Positions 12,015 to 26,530 of a DNA stretch of 64,000 bases are shown here, piece by piece. The stretch is from the human T2T-CHM13v2.0 reference genome, Homo sapiens: the NCBI RefSeq assembly GCF_009914755.1, contig NC_060934.1; one strand, written 5' to 3'. The notes under the pieces were generated by a model. The model was not told the origin of the DNA. It saw only the letters and a program-made list of their open reading frames with translations, and searched no databases. The first letter of the stretch is position 1. Each line of letters opens with the position of its first letter. A program made the position numbers and the translations under genes.

Positions 12015-13908
12015 GTACAATTTAGAATAGGAGCAACTTCAAGCAGGTAAGCAAGTTTGGAAATTTTTTAGTTTAAAATTAGCCTATGAAGCCCAGCTTC
12101 TTTGTATTATTTTACATTGTTAAATAAAAGCACTAGTGAATCTGCATCAACACATAATAAAAGAAAACTACCCTCTCTGGGTTTTATTTACATGTATAAA
12201 CAAAATTTAGTCTCACTATCCTCCTATATCACAAAAAAAAACAAACATAAAATATAAAACAAACTTATTATACAATGCATCCCAGCATATAAAAGATAAT
12301 TAAAATTTAGAGAAATGTTTATATTCAATCTAAATTCTACCCAAAAAATGTCATATGCTTTCCACAACTAATCACACAAATGCTATATAAGCTAGCATAG
12401 TAATACAATTTTACAAAAAAATATATTTTAGCATTTTCTGGATTCGTTAGATAAAAATAGAATAAAATTCTAAGGAAATATGTATCAATGTCTTTGGTAC
12501 TTAGCATAATTGATTTATTGCTTTCTGAAAAGCTGTTTTCTTTCTCAGGTGAAATATATCTTTGCATCAGTGGAATTAAAGGCAGTATTGAGGTTTTTCC
12601 CTATCATTTATTCCAGCACTTTAGAAACATCACTCTGTTGCCTGTTTAACCCTGTAGAGAAAAGATTGCACCATATGTCATTCTAGGAAAACAAAACAAA
12701 GAACAGCCTTTGCATCTTAAAAGTATATTATCTATATAAACTATGTTTCATGCTAGCCTGTCAATATTCACACCATCCAGAATATATCTGGTTAGATTTT
12801 TATCAAAGTTCAAAACTTTATAGTGATAGTTTGTCCTTAAAATACAGCTTAAGTGGTGTCTTCAAGATTTACATCAAGGTGACATCCGATAGGCTGTCAT
12901 CCTCAGAGTCGCTAAAATTGAGGTCTAATCGAGACCGGTAGGATTGCCAATAGAAAAGCCAAGCAAGAAATATTAGAATGATGCAGGCAAACAAAGAAAA
13001 CTTTGATTTCAAATGTGAGCTGCTTTTCAAAACCACAGGGTCATACACTCTGATTTGCAGGTGCAGATTCCAGAAGCAGATACTTTGTACATGGTCAGCT
13101 TTGCACCCAGGATGAGAATTGTCAAAGATTTATTTACCCAAAGGTGGTAAGTCAAAATGGAGTATAGCAAAAACGTTCCTAAAGGCCACAAAATGCCTTT
13201 TATGATCCTTTCTGAACAGTGACACATGGAATTTCGCCCAATGCAGTATTAGAGAAAGGTTGGGGTAAGTAATTTCCTCCTAAAGGGGAAAAAAGCCTAC
13301 AATTTTTGTATAAGTAACTGAATCCATATAGAGGCAGGCTGGCACTGAAAAAGGTCACACAGTGTGAGTATCCTTAGAAATAGAATGTTTCAGTATTGTG
13401 GGGACAAAGTTCAGCTCACTTAAGAACATTTCCTATTACGAACCAGTTATTTTCAAAATGAGACTGCTATGTAGTTATATAAATTACTCAACAACTGCAG
13501 TAGAACTAGATGTAATAGCTACAATAATATTTCTAGTATAAATTATCTAAGAATCATTTTTAACATATCTCCTTGGTTAGTATTCATTATACTCAAAGCT
13601 TGAGGGACAATTGAATAATCAGCCTCTATATTTTCAAAGTTGTTCTACATTGAGAGTTGTCATCATTTAGTTAAGAAAACTCGAAATTTTTGCACTTATG
13701 TTCAATGAGGCAGGTTGAAAAAGAGTTTCCGCTCTTAACACGTCATTATTCTCTTTTTTCAAATGTAATTACTTAGTCAATTAACGTCACTCTTCTGTAA
13801 AACATTTAGGTGTAAGTGAAAGCCATTTCTTTATCATCATACTGTTTTGTCTGTTACTTTTGTAATCTACCTCCTTTTCATAGCAAATTCTTTAAGGGGA
13901 TAAACTAA

Positions 13909-14274
<366 letters not shown>

Positions 14275-15039
14275 TGTATACTGCCTTTTACATTTGAGGA
14301 GGTCTAGTGACTGACGTGAGGATGAATGCTAATGAGGTAACTAATGTCTCCAAAGGATTTATGGGAAGGACTAATTTTATTGCACTTTCTAATGCTCCCA
14401 TTTGTAAAACCAACATTATTTTTGTTTGTTGACATGTGATGTAGTAATTCTATATGATATAGTAAATATACTGTGTCATAGTCCTCTTATTTATGCCCTA
14501 ACACAAGTTATCTCCTTTTCATTATTTTGGATGTCAATAATTTCATCTGTTTTACCAAAAAAAAAAAAAATCCCTTAGTGTTTCCCTTCTTTGTTGTAAC
14601 ACTTGAAAAATGAGTGACTAGCTCAGCAGGGAAACCCTTTAGCCTCCTGAATGAACATGAGAGGCAAGAAAGTGAGTAGAAGTGAGAAAGACTTAAAGTA
14701 TTCAATTTCATCATTTCTCTAGAGAAAGCCCCTACAGATGTGGGGTTAGGCCAACAAAGAAGCACTTTGGTATTTTTCTGATCCTGATCAGTTACCCATG
14801 ATAAATGGAATATGAAAAGTATTAAGTTCTATGAGGATGAGGCATTTTCATATCCTGTTGCTAGTTGCAAGGTTTCTTTTTTGAATAGTCTTTCCTCTTT
14901 TCTCTCTTGTCCCACACCCCAACCTATTTGAAGCAATAAAACATAATGATGCTAAACAAATAAATTCATAATTGTGTAAATATAATTTACCAAATCAAAA
15001 GATATAGACCCAGTCATAACAGGACCTATTTCTCTTTCT

Positions 15040-15255
15040 AGTTTTATTTCCCTTTCATTGCACTACTCACCATCTGGCATATTATATGCTTGGCTCACTT
15101 AATTGTTTACTATTTGTCTCACACTCTAAACTATACCCTCGCCAAGTATTGGGGTTTTTTAATGTCTTTTTATTGCCATATCTCACAGCTGGAGACAGTA
15201 GCAGAGACATAGTAGGTACTCAGTAAATATTTGCTCAAATAATAAAATAATAGAT
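15040..15255 (+). mobile_element. L2 3' end fragment
   Basis: cactactcaccatctggcatattat...tgtttactatttgtctc...acatagtaggtactcagtaaatatttg. Confidence 0.6.
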
Positions 15256-16499
15256 AAACTAATCAGAAAAAATATGCACTCTTATGGGATAAGAAAAAGA
15301 GAAAGAACGCTCACATTCTCTAAAATGACACATACATATATGAATGAAAAAATGTTGTGTAGAATAACTATTATATTCAAGCATAATTTAATGAACAAGT
15401 TATCTATATGGCACAATTACTCATCTTGTGAAAAACAGGCTACTGAAAAAATGATTTTAATTTTAATTTTTAATGTATATGTACAAAATTCATTTGGTAT
15501 TCAAAAAGGCTTGGTTTGTTCAAAAATATCATTCTATATGTAGTAGAAAAAGTGTAAAACAAATGTTAAATATGCTTTATTAACAGATTTATGTCTTTAC
15601 TTAATAGTAAATTCTTGGGATTTTAACTGTCAGCAAATACAAAGAAGAAGAAACAAATTTGAAATAATCTCACACAACATTTAAAATATTTATTTTAATT
15701 TTAGCATTGGAAAATATTCTGCCACTGGAAACACTACAATTTATGCTATGAGAACTATAAAAGCTCAGAAGACCAAATCTTTAAATAAAAAATAAAATGT
15801 GTGCGAATATTTTCCATCCAGCAAATTGAAACATTTTATTTTAAAATTAACAAAAACACCAACAGTTTTTTGAAGACCAGGAAATAATGACGACTAGGCA
15901 CTAAGCACTCTCCACATGACAAATTCTGCTTCAATCCCTAGAAGGTGTGAGAATCAGAGCAGCAGGAGTTTTTGAACCCACTGACAATAATAAATCTTAG
16001 ATTACTCACTTCACAATGCATACTTGATTTAGTGGAATCAAGAAAATGGATTGAGGCTGTCTGAAGAAGGTCTGATATATGAGAGGGGGTCTCTTGTGCT
16101 GTTCAAGGGCAAAAGCAAAATCATAAAATTGATTCTTCATCATATCGGTGGGAGTAAAAGGCTTAAAGTAAAATCCTTTAGTTCCAGTCTATTTTTCTTA
16201 TGAGAAAAATTCAGTTTGGTTTTATGTAATATAAAAATATAATTCCACAATATAGCTTAAAATAACCTATACAAACACATTCAAAACAAAGCCCCACATA
16301 TTATTATTTTGGCATTTTGAGTTTCTGATCCTTCCTTAATATCATTCTTCCAACTTTTCAACATGAGATCTTCAAAATTAGTGATGGAAACTCCCAGGTG
16401 GTTATTCAATATTGTTTGGGTATAATTTATTAACAATCTATGTGTTCAATCTTTAAAACTTCAGCAAATATTTCTGATTTTCTTGTTACATGCACACCT

Positions 16500-16830
16500 C
16501 ATCCTGTTTTCAGACACATAGTATGACCCCAAACCTGGTCATCTTGGGGTTGGATAAGGGTATGTGATTAATTCTGGCCACTTGCAGGCTATAGCTCTTA
16601 TTTGTTGGAATGGAGTCCTCCTACAGCTTGCTTTGCTCTGGCATGATGAATGTAAACTATTGTGATGTTGGCTGAGTGACTACACAGACCAGGAATTTCC
16701 CCTTCAAGTCTCTGCCACCAAAATGTGATGGACAAGTTATAGGAGTGAAAAATAAAACTTACTTTAAGCCACTAAAGGTCATGTGATTGTTTATCACACC
16801 ACGTAACCTAGCATGCATTCTAACAGAGTG
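16500..16830 (+). mobile_element. Old MaLR LTR fragment (MLT1J/K-like)
   Basis: The 3' end gtgaaaaataaaacttactttaagccactaaag...tgtttatcacaccacgtaacctagc is MLT1-like. Confidence 0.5.
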
Positions 16831-16869
16831 TTTCCTAACATATTCACTACATTTAGAATAAAACGAAAA

Positions 16870-17122
16870 CAGAGTTGATCCATGTTATTTATGGCTTCTG
16901 TATTTGTGAATTCACCTACTCACTAAAATTTGTTTGTAACTCCAGAAACAATATTCTCCGTGCTCCCATGGTTATTCCTGAACAAGTGCAAAGCAACTAA
17001 CAAAGACACTTGATATGCACATTCCCAGCTGAAGTCAAACAAGGCCCTCATACTGTAAACAAGTGTCCTTTTACAGTCTATTTAGTACCCTTTTTTAATT
17101 CTGCATTTTTTAGCTTTTTGTT
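16870..17122 (+). mobile_element. TcMar-Tigger fragment (MER82-like)
   Basis: ctgtatttgtgaattcacctactcactaaaatttgtttgtaactcc...ttcccagctgaagtcaaacaagg...catactgtaaacaagtgtcctttt. Confidence 0.7.
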
Positions 17123-17394
17123 AGAAACTTTGCAGAAGCCTGTCTTTCATTTAGTCTTTCATACTTTGAGTTTCCTAACTTGCCCTCATTCCAACATCTC
17201 TGCCCAGATGAATCCTAAACTAATTCAGTGGGACCACAACCATGTGCACTATGATTTCTTCACTCTAAAATCCAGATATTGGGAAACTGGGATTTGTTCA
17301 TATGTGTACGTAGTGGGTGGCGTGGGAGATAAGATGGAGTTCTGTCTCCTCCTTTTGGTAAAAATATAATCCTACTGAAGCACTAAAAATCAAG

Positions 17395-17588
17395 CCCATT
17401 TTATACAGCTTGGTTAGGTTCTAGAATTAATGTTTATTATAGATTAAGTAGACATTTTATGGGTTGTCCTGGGAACACAACCATCATTTTTAATATTGTT
17501 TCTATGGTAAAATGCATTCCAAGTTCCAAACAATTGATTCACAAACTAGCTTCGGGAACACTACCAGCTTCTAAAATGTGGATTCCTG
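17395..17588. mobile_element. Old Tigger fragment (Tigger15-like)
   Basis: attgtttctatggtaaaatgcattccaagttccaaacaa...ggaacac...cctg followed by TA. Confidence 0.5.
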
Positions 17589-17978
17589 TATAGCAAATGA
17601 GTAAAGCATAGAAACAAAGAGATAATACCCAGGTTTTCTATCTTTAGTGTGCCAGGATGGTAGCTTAGTAATGATAAGACTATCTGCCTGGGCAGCCTGG
17701 TAAACCTATATTTACTCAGCACTTACTTATGAGATTAATTTTTTTTTGTCAATTCTGCTACATAATTCGTAGTCATATGGGAGGAATTTGGCCATAGAAA
17801 TGATAAAGAAGAAAATGACAGAATATATAGTGTTGTGATCCTGTCCACAGTACATCACTGTATTTGTAATGCAAAGGTCTGTGCCCTGACAATTATCTTC
17901 AGCTTATTACTGTAGCAGAGAATAGATTGGGATCACTAACGGACATGACTTACCACTTCTTTACTGGACCAATTTGCC

Positions 17979-17982
<4 letters not shown>

Positions 17983-18025
<43 letters not shown>
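17983..18025. repeat. (TG)n microsatellite
   Basis: Direct inspection. Confidence 0.97.
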
Positions 18026-18027
<2 letters not shown>

Positions 18028-18621
18028 TGAGTAGCCACTAGGTTGAACAAATCTGCCCAATCAGGCTGTGTTAAATAGATAATGCTGATTAGGGGAAGGG
18101 AAGAAGACCAGAAGTGAGATTAGAATTATTATCAGAAGTTTACATTTAATATGCATTATACATTTAGACAAAACATATTGATATTTGGCCATCAATCTTG
18201 CTTGTATGAGCTGTCTAGGAATGATGGAAATTAAGAGCTACAGTTCTCATTAAAACGTTTAATTTTAAACAAGGCAATATCCACATATTTACAGAATGGA
18301 TGCTACCCTGAAAAATAATTGAATCTATTACAGATTGTAAAGAAAAGCCAGGAGTCCACTGTCCACTGAACATGTTAATTGAATCCAACTTTGCAAAAAG
18401 ATGAAGCAAAGAATGTTCTCTCTAATTGCAAAGGTCCCCAGCTGGGTACATATTTCTGTTTATCACTTCACACCTGAGTGACCCATGGTGTTTCATACAG
18501 ATCCTGTTTCTTAGGAAAAGATTCTTAATTTGCAAAATAAGCCCATTTTGTTAGTCAATGACTTACACAGTGCTTTGGCATGAACCATTGGGAAGAAACT
18601 TCTGATTTATTCAATGAGATT

Positions 18622-20185
18622 TGTTTATTTATACCTAATAATTACATATATTTATGGGGTACATATATTTTGATACATGCATACAATGTGTAATGATCAA
18701 GTCAGAGTATTTACAATATTCATCACTTCAAACATTTATCATTTATTCATATTAAGATTATTTCAAATCCTCTTTTCTAGCTATTTTGAAACATACAATA
18801 TGTTGTTTTCAACTGTAGTCACCATATTGTGCAATGGAACACTAGAACTTATTCTTTCTGTCTAACTTGTCTGTTTGTACCCACTAACCAACCTTTCCTC
18901 TCTCTCCAGCCTCTAATAACCATTATGCTACTCTCTACTCCACAAGTGAGAATATACAATTTTTGTCTTTCTGTGCCTGGCTTATTTAACTAAATATAAT
19001 TATCTCCACTTCCATTGATGTTGTTACAAATGACAGGATTTCATTAATTTTTATGTCTGAATAAAATTTCATCATGTATATAAACCATATATTGTTTTTC
19101 CATTTATCTATTCATGGACACTTAGGTTGATCCCTGATACTGGCTACTATCAATAATGCTGTAAAAAATATGGGGGTGCAGGTGTCTCTTTGATATAAAG
19201 ATTTCCTTTCCTTTGGATAAATACCCAGTAGTGTGATTGCTGAATCATATGGTAGTTCTATTTTTAGATTTGGGAAAAACAACCATACTGTTTTCCATTA
19301 TGGTAGTACTGATTCACATTCCCCTCAACAGTATATGAGAGTTTTTCTCCACATCCTTGCCAGCGTTTGTTATTTTTTGTCTTTTTGATAATTGTCACTC
19401 TAACTGGGGTAGGAGATGATATCTCATTGTGGTTTTGATTTGCATTTCTCAGATAATTAGTGATGTTGACTGTTAACGGATTGAATGTCTTCTTTTGAAG
19501 TGATGTTGACTGTTGGACATTTGAATGCCTTCTTTTGAAGAATACCTATTCAGATTCTTTGCCTAGTTTTTTATGGGAATATTTGTGGGCTTTTTTATTT
19601 TTATATTTTTATTTTTTTGCTGGTGAGTTGTTTGAGTCCCTTATATATTCCAGGTGTCAGTACCTTGTCAAATGAAGAGTTTGTAAATATTTTCTCCCAT
19701 GTTACATGTGGTTTCTTCACTCTGCTGATTGTTTCTGTGACTATGCAGAAGCTTTTTAGTTTAATATAGTACCATTTGCCTTTTTTTTCTTTTTATTACC
19801 TGTTTATTTGAAGTCTTGGCCATAAAATCTTTGCACACACCAATCTCTTACATCATCCCCTCATGATTTTTTCTAGTATTTTATAGTTTTGAGTATATTT
19901 AACTTTTAATCTATTTGAGTTGATTTTTTATATGGTGAGAGATAGGGGTCTAGCTTCCTTCTTTGTGCCCATTGAGACTCAGTTTTCACTGCACCATTTA
20001 TTAAAGAGGGTGTTCTTTCCGCAATATATGTTCTCAGCACCTTTGTTTAGGTTCTCTATTGGTCTAGGTGTCTGTTTTTATAGCAATACCTTGCTGTTTT
20101 TGGTTACAATAGCTTTGTAGTGTATTTCAATGTCAGATAGTATGATGCCCCATTTCTGTTCTTTTTGCTCAGTATTGCTTTGTCT
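18622..20185 (-). mobile_element. L1MA-type LINE-1, 5'-truncated (3' UTR plus end of ORF2)
   Basis: catatatttatggggtaca...tacatgcatacaatgtgtaatgatcaagtcag is the L1MA 3' end. It continues with tttggataaatacccagtagtg, gcagaagctttttagttt and gcaccatttattaaagag. Confidence 0.9.
19461..19540. repeat. 40-bp tandem duplication inside the L1MA
   Basis: tgatgttgactgttaacggattgaatgtcttcttttgaag / tgatgttgactgttggacatttgaatgccttcttttgaag. Confidence 0.9.
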
Positions 20186-21669
20186 GTTTGACATTCAAGA
20201 TGATTTTTTTAAATTTACAGGCTATAAACGACATTAACAAACCAGTTTTAGAACCAGTGACCAGTATTCAAGTACTTTCTGAGGTTAAACCCCAGATAGA
20301 AGAAGTTAATCACTTTTATGTTGACAACAATCACTTTTTTCAGGTTGTGTCTGAAAACAGAAGTTTAAATGGATACAGTCTAACTATGGAAAGTTAAAGT
20401 TGCTGGATGGTTGTGTCACACTGTAATCTGTGGATGCTAATAAAAAAGAGCAATTACTGAGATGTAAATATAGACAAAATATGTTTAAATGTATAGTTAG
20501 ATTAATAAGAATACCCCCCACATTTTCCTCTTGGGATATTGGAATATCTAGGAAGAGCTATCCTAGTCCCAATTCTCTGGGAAGTGCAGAATCTAGACAA
20601 GAACATACCAGTAAGCCTATAGCAGACGCCAACATTATTAACCAAACCAGCATAGCAACCCATGATGGTAAAGAACAACGTTGCACACCAGCAAAGTGAC
20701 CACAGATATTATGATTGATGAGACACAGATGCTCTGTTAATTCCATGATGGAAAACGCTATTATCCTGTGACAGCACTTAGGATTTTGCAATGGCACTTT
20801 TTCTGAGCGTCACTAGCATAATTTTACTTATTATAATCTGATGAGTATAAGATATGTTATTACCAAACGTTCTTTTTTTCTTACAGTTTTATATATAAAA
20901 TGCAGTGATCAGACTATAAGTGGGGAGTCATGGCTCTCATATAATATGAATATATGGGTTAGAACTCGAGCCCAAAAAGTATAATACACCTCAAAGAAGA
21001 TAGCTGGGGATATTGTGTATATCCTATTTCTAATGGCAAATATCTGGCGAATGTCATAATTATGTCTTTAGTGGGAATGAGTAAAGGACTAATATGTTTA
21101 ACATTTGAATGTATAAAAATATAGATGCTTAATTTGTGTATTTTAATACAAGAAGAATTTTATATAAATAATATCTATAATAAAAAATACTATCAGACAT
21201 ACCTAAACCTAAATAAAAGCCTAAAGAAGTCTACATATTTATATTTAATCAGCATGCTGATACAACTAGTTATCTAAGTGAACCAAATATCATCAAATAT
21301 ATCTGAAGTCATATGAGGTCATTTATGAACTACAAGTCTTCTTCCACCTAATTAGCTTACAGTTGACCTTTAGAAAGTGGTACTTAATTGAACAGAAATG
21401 TTCAGAAATATGTTCTGAACTTGAACTTAGCACACATGAATAAACAACCAATGAAAAAGATTATATTGCCACACTATTTTGGAATCAGGGCATAAAATAT
21501 AAGTCATAAAGATAGAAAAATGATGTTTTGGAAGTACCTACCAAATATGTGGATGAATTATGTATTTTCTATAGAGCGATATATATCTCATTAATGAATA
21601 TAAATATATCTATGCACACAATACCCACATGCCAATTTATGCATATGTGTATATGTAGTGTGAGGTAAC

Positions 21670-21671
<2 letters not shown>

Positions 21672-21720
<49 letters not shown>
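21672..21720. repeat. Perfect (AT)n microsatellite
   Basis: Direct inspection, about 24 units. Confidence 0.97.
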
Positions 21721-21724
<4 letters not shown>

Positions 21725-22109
21725 AATGTCATGTAATTAAAGATAATGTGTAGTATTCTGTCATAATATAAAGGAGTAATCTTTATCTATGAAAGACTCC
21801 TTTGGCTTTAAATACCTGTCTTTTAACATCACTCATATGTGTCATCTTTTCAGCCTTTGCCTTTTCTAACTTAAATCATTTATCTATTTACTTCAAATTT
21901 AAATGGAAGTTGCCTCTGTATAATTTTTTGTAGTGTTCTAAGCTCATTAACATATAGTGAGTATCTTTGGAATTAACATGCAACTAATTACAAAAGGTGT
22001 TTTAACATAATTTGTATTTCTATAATTAGAATGATATGCACTTCAAAGAAAAGATGTAACTTCAGAATTTATAAAGTATAACTAAATATATAAGAAACTT
22101 TATTTATAT

Positions 22110-23790
22110 AACAGATATTTATTGTACATCTACCATAAAAGTATTTTCCACACTACTCGAAAACCTCTGCAGACAGAACATACTGAGAATTCCATGCCAT
22201 TATGGAGCTCCTAATTCTAGTAGTGGTACACAGACAATACAAACAGACATAATAAGCAAGAAAGTTATTTTTAATGTTAGAAGCTTACAAATGTTATGCA
22301 AAAAAAAAAGGATCCAGGTAAGTTTAATAGGGTGTTCTAGTAGTAGAAGTGGAAATATTTGATTTTAAATCAAGTAATCAGAGTCAGTGTCGATGAGAAA
22401 ATTGTATTTGAGCAAAGATTTGAAGGAAGTGATGATAGATTTTTAGTCATGTGGCTATCTAGTTGGCAGCATGTTCCCATCTAAAAAAAAAAAAGGCATA
22501 AAGCAGCAGAGTACCCAAATATGTTCATGTAATGGAAAAGAGGCTAGAGTTCCTGCAGGAGAATAGCAGGGGATGAGGTCAGTAAAATAACAGGGGTAAA
22601 AATGCATACGATCCTGTATGCATGAGAGGACTGTAGCTTTTACCAAGAGTGAAAAGGGGACAGATAACTTATTTTTGAAGAGACAACTAAAGTGAACACC
22701 CACTTGTATAAAAGGTTATTCTGCCTGGTGTGTTGAGTAGAGGAGAACCAGGGAAACCAATTAAAAACTCACTGAAATATTTCAAGTGACAAAGGAGCAT
22801 CATTTGTACCTTACTGGCTTTGCAGTGAAAATGATAAATTTGGCCAGATTTTAAAAATATTTTGAGAGATTTCATAATGGGCTAGTTACATATGAGAGAC
22901 AAAAAGAGGAGTTAAAGATGATGCCAGGGTACTGGGACTGAGCATGTAACAGCATGAAGTAGTCATCAGATGAGGTGGAGACAATAGCAGATGTACCAGC
23001 TTTGTTGGTATCACTGAGGGTGCTACCAGGGCAATGTTAAATTTGAGGCACTTTTTAGGTATCCACATAGAGATCAGGAGTAGGCAGCTGGATGTTCAAG
23101 TGTGGAGTTCAGGAGAGAGGTCTGAGCTGGACATAGGTATTTTGGAGTCACTGACCTATGAATGGTATTTAAAGCCTTGAAATGCATGAGACTGACAGGA
23201 GAGTGAGGTGTGTTCAATAACTGAGAAGTACCTAGGACACGATCCTATGATACTTCAACATTAAAAAGTGGTATAAAACAAGAGACTCCAGTAAAACAGA
23301 CAGAGTGACAAGTTAATTAGGATAAAAACATAATGCCAAGTAAAGAAAGTAATTCTTTTTTTAAAAAAGGAGATAGTGATACACGATGCCAAATGTTTAT
23401 TATAGGTTAACAAGCTGAGAGCTTAAAATGACCATTGAATTTGTCAAAGTGCAGATCATCTATGGCCTTGACATGATGAACTTCAGTGAACTGGTAGCAA
23501 TGAAAGCCTGATTGGAGACGTGTAGGAGAGAAAGAGTGTTGAGGAACTGAAGATACATGGATGGTTTTGTAGAAAATGTGAACAGAGATATGTGAAGGCA
23601 ACCGACGTGCCAAGATTGGTCGAGGGAATACCTCCTTTTTTAACTTAGAAAAAATAACTGTATATTCGTACATCTTGGATGATCTCACATCAGAAAAATA
23701 ATTGATGATGTACAAGAAAAAGAGTAGGGAATGTCTGGAGCAATGTCCTTTTGGTAGTGACAGGGATAAAAACTAGAGTTCAAATGGGTA
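22110..23790 (-). mobile_element. L2 (L2a-like) LINE fragment; 22693-23535 is arm A of an inverted duplication
   Basis: aacagatattttattg, atttgagcaaagatttgaagga, ggagttaaagatgatgccagg and ggagttcaggagagaggtctgagctggacataggtattttggagtca are antisense L2 motifs. Confidence 0.85.
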
Positions 23791-24149
23791 AATACTGCCT
23801 GATGTCCTTTACATAGAGAGATGGAGAAGTATTATAGACTCTTCTCTTTTCCACATGAAAAACAGCCTTCACAAGATGAGAATTGCTTGAAAAACTATCG
23901 TCTAACTTCTTTCATCTATCAAGCTTCCTGTCTATCATTCTTAAACCTCTCTAAGTCTCTATCAACAAAGATTAATGTGAATCTTAGGGGAGATTTTCTC
24001 CAGCAGGGAAAAGATCTGATGCATCAAGCAGTTATGAGGATTTACAGGCAGACTTCTGGCCAGTGAGCCTCACTAGTCAACCTCCAAAGTGCATGCATAT
24101 ATGCACATGCACACAAACACATGCACAAACACACACAAGCATGTGTACT

Positions 24150-25065
<916 letters not shown>

Positions 25066-25179
25066 CAATATGTACATATGCTCTAAGAATGGACACATAT
25101 GCTACTCTACCCCCAGCTATCACAAATGCAGAGTGATTAACATACTGGAAATCACCATTTTTAAGTAGTTTCGTCTAGT

Positions 25180-25990
25180 CTCATTCCCTCTTACAACTCT
25201 ATGATCAGACTTCCTTGCTATCACTTCACTAAAGCTCATCTTATCTAAGTCATGGATGATCTGCACTATGACAAACCCGATGGACAATTTTAAGCTCTCT
25301 GCTTGTTAATCTATAAGAAATATTTGGCATGGTGTATCACCATCTCCTTTTAAAAGTTTTTTTTCTTTACTTGGCATTATGTTTTTATCCTAATTCACTT
25401 GACACTCTGTCTTTTTTACTGGAATCTCTTGATTTGTACCACTTGTTAATGTTGAAGTATCTCAGGATTCTGTCCTAGGTGCTTCTCAGTAATTGAACAC
25501 ATCTCACTGTAGGTGTGTTCAATAGATCAGTGACTCCAAAATGCCTAAGTTCAGCTAAGACCTCTCTCCTGAATTTCACACTTGAACATCAACTGCCCAC
25601 TCACATCTCTATGTGTATACATAAAAAGTGCCTCAGATTTCACATTGCCCCGGTAGCACCCCTAGTGAACCCACCAAACCTGCTTCATCTGCTACTGTCT
25701 CCACCTCATCTGATGACTACTCCATTCTTTTACATGCTCAGCCCCAGCACCCTGGCATCATCTTTGACTCCTGTTTTTGTCTCTCATGTTACTGTCCAAT
25801 CATGAAATCACTCAAAACATATGCAGAATCTGGCCTATTTTTATGATTTTCACTGAAAAGCCAGTAAGGTACAAATGATGTTTCTTTGTAACTTGAAATA
25901 CTTCAGTGGGCTTTTTTGTTTGTTTGTTTCCCTGATTCTCCTCTATTCAACACGCCAGCCAAAATTACCTTTCATGCAAGTGGGTGCTCA
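25180..25990 (+). repeat. L2-derived inverted duplicate (arm B) of 22693-23535
   Basis: Its reverse complement aligns to arm A. The ORFs 22886-23068(-) and 25515-25805(+) share HLLLSPPHLMTT..YMLSPSTLASSLTP.FVSH. Confidence 0.93.
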
Positions 25991-26379
25991 TATGGTAGAT
26001 CACCATACCGTTCAGTGGTTAGAAACAACAAAATAGATATGCATTCAGCACCATAAGTAGATGGTTAAAATATAGTGCTGAAAAAATAGAAAAGAAAAAT
26101 CTATAGCAAATAGCAGTTACAGAAAGTAAAAACATACACAGCTCTGTGTATTTAGCAAAGTTATGTAAATATGTGCACATCCAGGGACATATATTAAGAC
26201 ATTAAAGTACTAATTTGCCCTTGAGAAAGCAAAGAATGAACATGGGGACTGGAAAGGAGGAACATATTAAATACGCGTACCTAATAAAAAAGAGAAATTT
26301 GTGCTTACAGGCCAATCATGATAGGAACTAAGAACTGAAGGCTATAATTAACTCAACTCTCTGAATGTGGGTTTTAAAC

Positions 26380-26530
26380 AAAAACTGAAATGATATTTCC
26401 TACCTCTTAGGGTTATTTGAAGATAATTTTAGAAAATGTGTTTAAAGGGCTTAGCACAGCTTGGTATATAGTGAGTATTAAATAAGGGATAACTATTATG
26501 CTTTTGTTATTATTATTGTTATTATTATAG
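26380..26530 (+). mobile_element. MIR 3' fragment
   Basis: cctacctcttagggttatttgaagat...taaagggcttagcacagcttggtatatagtgagt...ttattattatt. Confidence 0.7.
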
